Positions 41,692 through 50,668 of a stretch of DNA of 50,668 nucleotides are shown one piece after another. The position numbers and the translations under genes are program-made. Within the stretch, counting starts at the first letter, position 1. Every line of letters begins with the position of its first letter. Below the pieces are notes generated by a model. It was given only the letters and a program-made list of their open reading frames with translations, did no database searches and had not been told where the DNA came from. This DNA comes from Myxococcota bacterium (lineage in GTDB: Bacteria; Myxococcota_A; Polyangia; Polyangiales; Sandaracinaceae), in the NCBI GenBank assembly GCA_036149055.1, contig JAYZQJ010000023.1:1-50668 (forward strand). The letters run 5' to 3'.

Positions 41692-42381
41692 TCAATCCTC
41701 GGGGGCGCGGAAGCGGACGGTCACGACGTCGAAGCCGAGGGAGCGGATGAGGGTCTCGACGGTGCGGGCGGCGTTGCGCTCGGCGCGGGCGATGATGCCG
41801 CCGTCGATCGCCGCCTGCTGCAGGGTGCGCTCGGCCTCGCGGCGGGCGCGGGTCTCGAGGCTCTCGCGGCGGCGCGCCAGCAGGTCGGTCTCGCGGGTGT
41901 GCACGTAGGTGCGATCGTTGTCGAGGCGGGCGCTGAAGATCTCGACGGGCGGGAGCGTGATGGTGGCGCTCCGGCCGCTCGGGTCGATCACGACGTCGGT
42001 GTCGCGGAGCTGGCTGAGGTCGACGCCAGCCACCACGTCCGCGGCCGCCACCAGGAGGATGGAGTCCTCCGCCTCGACCAGGCCGAACACGCGGCGCTGG
42101 CGGCTCTCGAGGTCGATGACCCGCTCCACGTGGAACGACGCGCTCTCGAGCCGGGCGAGGTCGCGCACGGCGACGATGACGTTCGGCGTCGGGCGCACCT
42201 CGAGCACCTCGGCCGGCGGCTCCTCGTCCGGGGCGAAGGCCATCGCCACCCATCGGACCACCGCGCCGCCGAGGCAGCCGCCGACGAGCACCAGGATCGC
42301 CATCGCCCCGGCCCGAAGGCCCGGGCCCATCCGGCGCGGGGCCGCCTCGAGCGGCGCCTCGTCTTCTTCTTCTTCTCTCAT
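41692..42381 (-). CDS. DUF4230 domain protein
   Basis: N-terminal TM; LARLES, VVAGVDLSQL, ITLPPVEI and AERNAARTVETLIRSLGF motifs; ATGA overlap. Confidence 0.85.
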   Translation of the reverse strand: MREEEEDEAPLEAAPRRMGPGLRAGAMAILVLVGGCLGGAVVRWVAMAFAPDEEPPAEVLEVRPTPNVIVAVRDLARLESASFHVERVIDLESRQRRVFGLVEAEDSILLVAAADVVAGVDLSQLRDTDVVIDPSGRSATITLPPVEIFSARLDNDRTYVHTRETDLLARRRESLETRARREAERTLQQAAIDGGIIARAERNAARTVETLIRSLGFDVVTVRFRAPED

Positions 42382-42866
42382 CGACCCTCGAACGCCTCGA
42401 GGCGGGCCTCCCATTCGGGGCAACCGTAGAGATCGACGTAGACGTCGAGGTCGCCGCCCGGGCAGGGGACGCGGTAGAGGTCGATGATGTGGCCGGAGGA
42501 GTTGGCGCCGACGTTGCCGACCCGCGCCTGCTGACCGGCCTCGGGATCACCGCCGAGCGGGTTGCCGCCGCCCGGGCAGCGCACCTCGCCGGCGACGAAC
42601 TGGTAGCTGTCCATGGGACCGCACGCGAGCACCGGGTCCTCGAGGCTGGTGCCCGATCCTCTCCGGCCCGGGTAGCCCGTGGTCGGCGCGGCCGCCATCG
42701 GCGCGGCGCCCCCGGCCCAGGGCTCGGGCGGCGGCGCGTTCTGGTTGGACGGCGCCTCGCCGCCGGCCGTCGCGCCGGCCTCCACGGACACCACCTCGGC
42801 GTCGCCGCCGCAGCCCGTGGCCGCGGCGAGCGCGAGCGCCATCCCGAGAGCTCTGAGCACCGGCAT
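42378..42866 (-). CDS. Hypothetical lipoprotein
   Basis: Signal ending ATGC; DPV...GP...RVG...GHIIDLYRVPC...VYVDLYGC. Confidence 0.7.
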   Translation of the reverse strand: MPVLRALGMALALAAATGCGGDAEVVSVEAGATAGGEAPSNQNAPPPEPWAGGAAPMAAAPTTGYPGRRGSGTSLEDPVLACGPMDSYQFVAGEVRCPGGGNPLGGDPEAGQQARVGNVGANSSGHIIDLYRVPCPGGDLDVYVDLYGCPEWEARLEAFEGR

Positions 42867-42899
42867 GCCCCGATGATAGGGCATGCCCGGAGGGTCGGC

Positions 42900-44696
<1,797 letters not shown>

Positions 44697-44787
44697 CGTC
44701 TCCCCGTCCGGGCGCGCACCGCCCCGAAAAAGCCGGCGGAGCCTATCACGCGCCCCGATCCGATCAATCGCGCTACGATCGCGCGTC

Positions 44788-45738
44788 GTGTCCTTGACCA
44801 CCCTGCCGCTGTTCGAGGCGCTGGCGTCCGCCGAGCGCGTGCTGGTCGCCGGGGCCGGCGGGGGCTTCGACGTGTACGCCGGCGTGCCGCTGATGCTGGC
44901 CCTCGAGCGGCTCGGCAAGCGGGTGCACCTCGCCAACTACAGCTTCGCGCGGCTCGACGGGCTCGACGGGCGGCGGCTCGCGCCCGGGCTGGTCACGGTG
45001 ACCGCCGACACCGAGGACGGCCCCGACTACCTCCCCGAGCGCGAGCTCTCCCGCTGGTTCCGCGAGGCGCGCGGGCGCGAGGTCCCCGTGCACGCCTTCT
45101 CGGCCGCCGGCGTCGTCCCCGTCCGGGAGGGATACGCGGCCCTCGCCGAGGCCCTCGACCTCGACGCGGTCGTGCTCGTCGACGGGGGCACCGACTCGCT
45201 GATGCGCGGGGACGAGGCGGGGCTGGGCACCCCGGCCGAGGACGCGGTGAGCCTCGCCGCCGTCGCCGCGCTCGACGGCCCGCCGATCCGCCTCCTCACC
45301 TGCGTGGGCTTCGGCATCGACGCGTTCCACGGCGTCTGCCACGCGCACTTCCTGGAGGCGGTCGCGGCCCTCCAGCGCGAGGGCGCGTTCCTCGGCGCGG
45401 CGTCGCTCCTGCCCGGCATGCCGGAGGCCGACGCCTACGTCGCCCTCGTCGACGCGGTGCACGCCCGGCACCGCACGAGCATCGTCAACGGCAGCATCGC
45501 GAGCGCCATCGAGGGCGCGTACGGCGACGTGCACCGGACACCGCGCACCCGCGGCAGCCAGCTCTGGATCAACCCGCTGATGAGCCTGATCTGGTCGTTC
45601 CAGCTCGCGCCGGTCGCGGCCCGCAACCTCTACCTCCCCCTCCTGCGCCACACCCGCACGCTCATGGAGGTGAACGCGATCGTCGAGGCGTTCCGCAAGG
45701 GCCGCCCGGCGCGGGGGCGCGAGATCATTCCGGTCTGA
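44788..45738 (+). CDS. DUF1152 family protein
   Basis: VLVAGAGGGFDVY, LVDGGTDSLMRGDEAGLGTPAED and GFGID motifs. Confidence 0.85.
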   Translation: MSLTTLPLFEALASAERVLVAGAGGGFDVYAGVPLMLALERLGKRVHLANYSFARLDGLDGRRLAPGLVTVTADTEDGPDYLPERELSRWFREARGREVPVHAFSAAGVVPVREGYAALAEALDLDAVVLVDGGTDSLMRGDEAGLGTPAEDAVSLAAVAALDGPPIRLLTCVGFGIDAFHGVCHAHFLEAVAALQREGAFLGAASLLPGMPEADAYVALVDAVHARHRTSIVNGSIASAIEGAYGDVHRTPRTRGSQLWINPLMSLIWSFQLAPVAARNLYLPLLRHTRTLMEVNAIVEAFRKGRPARGREIIPV

Positions 45739-46519
45739 GCTGCACGGTGCGCTCGAGGGTCTCCCCTCTTCGATCGAGCGTGACGCGCACCGGCTCGCCG
45801 GACTGCAGGCGGGCGTAGGCGGCGAGGGCGTCGTCGGGGCTGTCGATGGGGGCGCCGTCGAGGGCCCGGACGGTGTCGCCGTTCTCGAGGCCCATCGCGC
45901 CGGACCAGCTCGCGCGGCGCACGCCGAACACCCGGAAGCCGCCCTCGGGGCCGGGGATCACCCGGAGCGGGCTGCGCATGACCTCGTCGAGCAGGCCGCG
46001 GGCCACGCGCACCTGGCCGCCCTGCACCTCCACGCGGGGGTCCACGCTGGGTCGCCGCGTCGCTTCCGCCACCGGCGCCTCGCCCATCACGACCGTGCAG
46101 TGACCGCCCGCCTCGAGCTCCAGCTCGGCCTGGCGCGCGTCGAGGCGCACCAGGGTGGCCCCGCTCCACGACTGGGACGGGCGCAGGGCCGCCGAGCCCT
46201 CGGGCCCGCGCAGGGCGGCGACCGAGCGCTCCGGGCGCAGGGGATCGACGACCGCGCCGACCAGGCGCCACGAGGGCGCGCACGGGTTCTCGTCTCCGCC
46301 GCCGTCGCCGCCGCCGTCGTCGTCGCCGTCGTCGGGGACCGGCGGGCCGAACATCGCGAGCCGCACGCCCGGCCGCTCGCGCTCGGGGAGCTCCACCGTG
46401 GGGAGCGGAGGCACGCTGGCGTCGAGCGGGAGCAGGCGGGCGGCGAGCAGCACCGAGGCGCCCGAGCCGAGCAGGCCGCCGCAGATCGAGAGGGTGGCGA
46501 GGACGAGGAGCGCGCGCAT
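45725..46519 (-). CDS. GspC-like type II secretion protein with PDZ domain
   Basis: N-terminal TM; RLVGAVV...SVAAL HR domain; GFRVFGVR...GLENGDTVRALDG...VTLDRRG PDZ domain. Confidence 0.75.
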   Translation of the reverse strand: MRALLVLATLSICGGLLGSGASVLLAARLLPLDASVPPLPTVELPERERPGVRLAMFGPPVPDDGDDDGGGDGGGDENPCAPSWRLVGAVVDPLRPERSVAALRGPEGSAALRPSQSWSGATLVRLDARQAELELEAGGHCTVVMGEAPVAEATRRPSVDPRVEVQGGQVRVARGLLDEVMRSPLRVIPGPEGGFRVFGVRRASWSGAMGLENGDTVRALDGAPIDSPDDALAAYARLQSGEPVRVTLDRRGETLERTVQLRPE

Positions 46520-46679
46520 GCCCGAGCCGTTCTGCACGGCGCGTTCCGCGGCGCGGGCGGGACCCCTCTCTCGCCTCGGATGGCGCCCCCGGACAGCGTG
46601 TCGGGCGTGCGTCGGCTCGCGGGACATCGTGTCATCACACTGGCGGAGGCCGCGCTCGGGATTTAGGGATGCGGGCGTC

Positions 46680-47993
46680 GTGGACGCGTTTCGTCTCCAA
46701 GCCGGCCGCCTGTTCGGGCCGCTTCGCAAGGCTCGCCCCGAGAGCACCCTCGAGGCGCTGGTGCGCGAGGCGGCGGACGGCGACCCGCAGAGCGCGCAGC
46801 TCGCGGAGTCGTTCGGGTTCCTGCTGCGGCTCGGCCGCGCGCTCCTGCGCTTCGGCCTTCCCGCCCAGCGGCTCGAGGACGCGTTGACCCGGCTCGCCGA
46901 GTCGCTCGGCCTCCACGCCGACTGCTTCGCCACCCCGACCGCGCTCATCGTGACCCTCAGCGACGGCCTGCGTCGCCGGACGCGGGTGGTGCGGGTGGAG
47001 CCGGGCGAGACCGACCTCGAGCGGCTGAGCGCGCTGCACTCGCTGGTCGGCCGGGTGGAGCGGCGGGAGCTGTCGCCCTCGGACGCGTCGCGCCGGCTCG
47101 ACCGGATCCTGGCCCGGCCGGAGCGCTACTCGGGGACGGTGCTCGTGATGTGTCACGGGCTCGCGGCGGCGGCGGCCTCGGTGCTGCTCGGCGGCCGGCT
47201 GATCGACATCGGCCCGGCGGCGGCGCTCGGGCTCTTCGTGGGCGCGCTGACGCGGCTGTCGCCGCACGCGCCGAACGTGGGGCGCATCCTCCCCGCCATC
47301 GCGGCGGCGCTCTGCACCTTCGCGGCGGGCGCGTTCGGGCTCGCGCTGCCGGTGCGGCCGGCCATCCTCGTGCTCTCGGCGGTCATCGTGCTGCTGCCGG
47401 GCTTCACGCTCACCGTCGCCACGCTCGAGCTCGCGACGGCCAACGTCGTCTCGGGCACCTCGCGGCTCGTCGGCGCGTTCGCGACCCTGGTGCAGCTCGG
47501 CTTCGGCGTCGCGCTCGGCCACCAGCTCGCCGCCTCGCTCCCCGACGCCCTGAGCGGGCCCGCGGCGCCCAGCCCCGAGTGGCTCCTCTGGATCGCCTAC
47601 GGGATGGCGGCGCTGGCCTTCACCGTGCTGCTCCGCGCCGCGCCGCGGGATCTGCCGGCCATCCTGCTCGCCGCGTTCGTCTCGGTCGCGGGGGCGCGCC
47701 TCGGAAAGCTCTGGCTCGGCCCGGAGCTCAGCGCGCTGATCGCCGCGATCGTCATCGGGCTCTGGAGCCACGTGTGGGCCCGCCGCTTCGACAAGCCCAC
47801 GCTCCTGCTCCTGACGCCCGGCATCCTCATGCTCGTGCCCGGCAGCGTCGGCTTCCTGAGCGTCTCCTCGATGCTCGAGGCGGACATCACCGGGGCCCTC
47901 CAGACCGCGTTCCGCATGCTCCTGATCGCCACCTCGCTCGCCGCCGGCGTGCTCATCGCCACCGTCGCCGTCCCCCCGCGCCGCGCGCTCTGA
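46680..47993 (+). CDS. Threonine/serine exporter family (ThrE) membrane protein
   Basis: GRALLRFG...RLED, TPT, LLPG...ELA..NVVSG..R and ILMLVPG motifs; about ten TMs. Start uncertain. Confidence 0.88.
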   Translation: MDAFRLQAGRLFGPLRKARPESTLEALVREAADGDPQSAQLAESFGFLLRLGRALLRFGLPAQRLEDALTRLAESLGLHADCFATPTALIVTLSDGLRRRTRVVRVEPGETDLERLSALHSLVGRVERRELSPSDASRRLDRILARPERYSGTVLVMCHGLAAAAASVLLGGRLIDIGPAAALGLFVGALTRLSPHAPNVGRILPAIAAALCTFAAGAFGLALPVRPAILVLSAVIVLLPGFTLTVATLELATANVVSGTSRLVGAFATLVQLGFGVALGHQLAASLPDALSGPAAPSPEWLLWIAYGMAALAFTVLLRAAPRDLPAILLAAFVSVAGARLGKLWLGPELSALIAAIVIGLWSHVWARRFDKPTLLLLTPGILMLVPGSVGFLSVSSMLEADITGALQTAFRMLLIATSLAAGVLIATVAVPPRRAL

Positions 47994-48012
47994 CGTCCCA
48001 GAGAATGGACCG

Positions 48013-48083
48013 GGGGACGGAGTGAACTTGTGAACTCACGTAGGTCGAATCGATACGTAAGTTAACAAGTTCACTCCGTCCCC
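48013..48083. repeat. 71-bp near-perfect inverted repeat (REPIN/MITE-like) between convergent genes
   Basis: 30-bp arms at 48013-48042 and 48054-48083 with two mismatches; AT-richer than the flanks. Confidence 0.88.
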
Positions 48084-48097
48084 ACCTCCCCGGTTGG

Positions 48098-48805
48098 CTA
48101 CGCGAGGCCGAGGCGGAGCTTCCAGACCATCGCGACGGCTTCGAGGAAGATCGCGCGGCTCATCTTGCTCTTGCCGGCGCGGCGGTCGACGAAGACGATC
48201 GGGTGCTCGACGACCCGGAAGCCGCGCTGGATGGCGCGCCAGGTCATCTCGATCTGGAAGGAGTAGCCCTCGGAGCGCACGGTCGTGAGGTCGATGCCGG
48301 TGAGGACCGGGGCGCGCCAGGCCTTGTAGCCGCTCGTCAGGTCCCGGACCGGGAGGCCCAGGATGGTGCGGCTGTAGAGGCTGCCGCCCTTGCTGAGGAC
48401 GTGGCGGCCGACGCCCCAGCCCTCGACGCCGCCCCCCGAGATGTTGCGCGAGCCGAGCACGACGTCGGCGCCGGACTCGATGTGCTCCAGGAACGCCGGG
48501 AGGTACTGCGGGTCGTGCGAGAGGTCGGTGTCCATCTGGACCAGCACGTCGTAGCCCTCGCGCAGGCCCTCGCGGAAGCCCTCGATGTAGGCGGAGCCGA
48601 TGCCGAGCTTGCCGCCGCGATGCAGCACCCGGACCCGCTCGTCTTCACCCGCGAGCCGATCGGCGATGCGCCCGGTGCCGTCCGGCGAGGCGTCGTCGAC
48701 CACCAGCACGTGGACCTGGGGGGCCGCGTCGAGCACCGCGCGCACGAACGCCTCGAGGTTGTCCCGCTCGTTGTAGGTGGGCGTGACGACGAGGACGCGC
48801 GTCAT
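48098..48805 (-). CDS. Polyprenol monophosphomannose synthase (GT2, DPM1-like)
   Basis: TPTYNERDN, VDDASPDGTG, GIGSAY, QMDTDLSHDP, DLTSGYK, GYSFQIE and FVDRRAGKSKM motifs. Confidence 0.93.
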   Translation of the reverse strand: MTRVLVVTPTYNERDNLEAFVRAVLDAAPQVHVLVVDDASPDGTGRIADRLAGEDERVRVLHRGGKLGIGSAYIEGFREGLREGYDVLVQMDTDLSHDPQYLPAFLEHIESGADVVLGSRNISGGGVEGWGVGRHVLSKGGSLYSRTILGLPVRDLTSGYKAWRAPVLTGIDLTTVRSEGYSFQIEMTWRAIQRGFRVVEHPIVFVDRRAGKSKMSRAIFLEAVAMVWKLRLGLA

Positions 48806-48908
48806 GGCGGCGCGGACCCTAGACTACGGACGGAGGCCGAGCAATCGCCCATCCTCCGAGCGAAGGGGCGGGCTTGCGCGGCGGGGCCTCGCCCGGCACC
48901 GTCGCCCG

Positions 48909-50180
48909 ATGCTCGAGCGAACGACGTGCCTCCTGCTCCTGCTCGCGATCACGGCCGGCTGCGACGATCGGCGCGGGACCCCGGAGGACGCGGGCCCCCC
49001 GGACGCCGCCCCGCCGTCCGAGGACGCGTCCCCGTCGGACGCCGCGACCCCGGACGCGGGCCCGGTGGCCTGCGCGGACGCCCTCGCCGAGCGCGCCGTC
49101 GCGATCGACCCCGAGGGCCCGGACACCCAGATCCACCCGGTGGTGCGCTGGGACGGCGAGGCGCTCTGGGTGGTCTACGTGCGCCCGGAGCCGGGCGGCG
49201 GCGACTTCGACGTCTGGGCGACCCGGCTCGGCTGCGACGGCGCGCCTCGGGTGGCGCCGTTCCTCGTGCAGGAGTCGCCCGAGGGCAACGACATCGATCC
49301 GGAGCTCGTCGTCTCCGGCGACCGGGTGCTCGTCGCCTGGCAGACCGACGACGGCACCGGCGGCACCGACAACCTGCAGATCCGCTACCGCGTGCTCGAT
49401 CGCGACGGAGCCCCGGTGAGCGGCGACCGCGTCCTGCGCACCGTCCGGGCCGGCGAGCCGGTCACCGACAACCACATGATGCCCAAGCTCGCGGTGGCGC
49501 CCGACGGCGGCTTCCTCGTCGCCGGCATCCGCGCGTCCGACGTCGGGCGCTTCGCCGTCTTCGTGCAGCCGCTCGACCGAGACGGCGCGCTGGTGGGCGA
49601 GGCGCTCGAGCCCGGCCCCGAGGCGATGATCACCCAGAGCGCGCCCTCGATCGCGGTGGCCGCCGACGGCGCCATCTGGCTCGCCTACGACCGCGCCCCC
49701 GACGAGGGCGCCACCGAGGTCTGGCTCTGGGAGACCACCGGCGCTCCCGCGCTCGCGCTCGAGGGGCTCACCGGCGCGTCCGGCGCGGACCTCGTCGCCA
49801 TCGACGGCGGCGTCTACCTGGCGTTCGCGGGCGAGACCCCGGCCGGCAACGACCTGCGCCTCCTCCAGGTCGGCGGCGCCGAGGCGGCCCTCGTCGGAGT
49901 CCCGCGCCGCACCGAGACCGCGCCCCGCTGGGCGCCGGCGCCCGACGGCCGCCTCGGCCTCGCCTACTTCCGCCAGGTGCGCGGCTTCACGATGGAGCTG
50001 CTCGTCGCCCCGGTCACCGCGGGCGACCCGCCCGAGGCCGGAGAGGAGCAACTCGTGCACGACGCGGCCCCCGCCTACCAGCCGGCCCTCACGCACGTCG
50101 AAGGCGACTACTGGTTCGCCTCCTGGGCCGAAGGAGCCAGCCCCGCGTTCCGTCTCCGCGGCGCGTTCCTTCGGCTCTGA
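48909..50180 (+). CDS. Hypothetical lipoprotein, probable beta-propeller
   Basis: Lipobox TAGC; DAG/DAA-rich linker; repeated P.(V/L/I)...G....V.W blades. Confidence 0.75.
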   Translation: MLERTTCLLLLLAITAGCDDRRGTPEDAGPPDAAPPSEDASPSDAATPDAGPVACADALAERAVAIDPEGPDTQIHPVVRWDGEALWVVYVRPEPGGGDFDVWATRLGCDGAPRVAPFLVQESPEGNDIDPELVVSGDRVLVAWQTDDGTGGTDNLQIRYRVLDRDGAPVSGDRVLRTVRAGEPVTDNHMMPKLAVAPDGGFLVAGIRASDVGRFAVFVQPLDRDGALVGEALEPGPEAMITQSAPSIAVAADGAIWLAYDRAPDEGATEVWLWETTGAPALALEGLTGASGADLVAIDGGVYLAFAGETPAGNDLRLLQVGGAEAALVGVPRRTETAPRWAPAPDGRLGLAYFRQVRGFTMELLVAPVTAGDPPEAGEEQLVHDAAPAYQPALTHVEGDYWFASWAEGASPAFRLRGAFLRL

Positions 50181-50668
50181 CCCGGCATCGGGGCCCGGGG
50201 ATGACCCGGCATCGGGGCCCGGGGACGCTCGTCGTCATATCGTCATTCCGACGCCGACTCCCTCGTTGTCGACGCAGCTCGGGGGGAGGAGGGAGGTGGG
50301 AGGCGAGGAGGAATAGCTAGCGCCGGCCGAGTCTGGGTCTGAGTCCGAACTCGTCGCTGCGCCCGAGTCCGCTGCCGGCCCGGGGGGGCCCGGGGACGCT
50401 CGTCGTCATATCGTCATTCCGACGCCGACTCCCTCGTTGTCGACGCAACTCGGGGGAGGAGGGAGGTGGGAGGCGAGGAGGAATAGCTAGCGCTGGCCGA
50501 GTCTGGGGCCGAGTCCCGAACTCGTCGCTGCGCCCGAGTCCGCCGCCGAGTCCGCCGCCGAGTCCGCTGTCGCTACTGCCGGCCCGGGGGGGCCGGGGAC
50601 GCTCGTCGTCATATCGTCATTCCGACGCCGACTCCCTCGTTGTCGACGCAACTCGGGGGAGGAGGGAG
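50178..50668. repeat. Tandem composite repeat: 24-bp duplication then three long units (last one truncated)
   Basis: 50178-50201 = 50202-50225. Near-identical units begin at 50221, 50392 and 50595 (periods 171 and 203 bp) and differ mainly in their GAGTCC-containing tracts. Confidence 0.93.

Noticed and set aside
45725..46519. Type II secretion cluster
   Set aside because: Only a lone GspC-like gene; no other gsp genes in the window.
50221..50668. Possible CRISPR array at the right end
   Set aside because: Units are 171-203 bp and near-identical throughout, with no unique spacers; no cas genes in the window.

Overview
Very GC-rich, densely coding bacterial DNA. The gene content (many Cys-rich lipoproteins, stand-alone HDOD, V4R-like and STAS-like proteins, a STAND-TPR-sigma54 activator, a CFI-box-type C-terminal sorting domain, a large lipoprotein Zn-metalloprotease) suggests a myxobacterium of the Polyangia/Sandaracinus type; this taxonomy is inference. 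I call 42 CDS. I saw no rRNA, tRNA, CRISPR array, transposase or phage genes. All family names come from motif recognition, not database searches. Highlights: (1) a minus-strand locus at 22.5-32.6 kb: Zn-metalloprotease lipoprotein > putative OM beta-barrel > small lipoprotein with DPTPTP repeats > sigma54 promoter > NLR-like STAND-TPR-sigma54 activator > second, paralogous DPTPTP lipoprotein > terminator. This is a candidate undescribed peptide/proteolysis signalling system. (2) A full-length PurA paralog that keeps its GTP-site motifs but has lost the catalytic His and the IMP-binding residues. (3) Eukaryote-like domains: a VHL beta domain and a threefold MPEG1/perforin-2 P2-like repeat. (4) A DUF2271-like surface protein with degenerate flavinylation motifs. 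(5) An orphan lantibiotic-dehydratase C-terminal-like protein. (6) Several non-coding repeats, including related composite repeats in inverted orientation at both window ends and a 71-bp REPIN/MITE-like hairpin.
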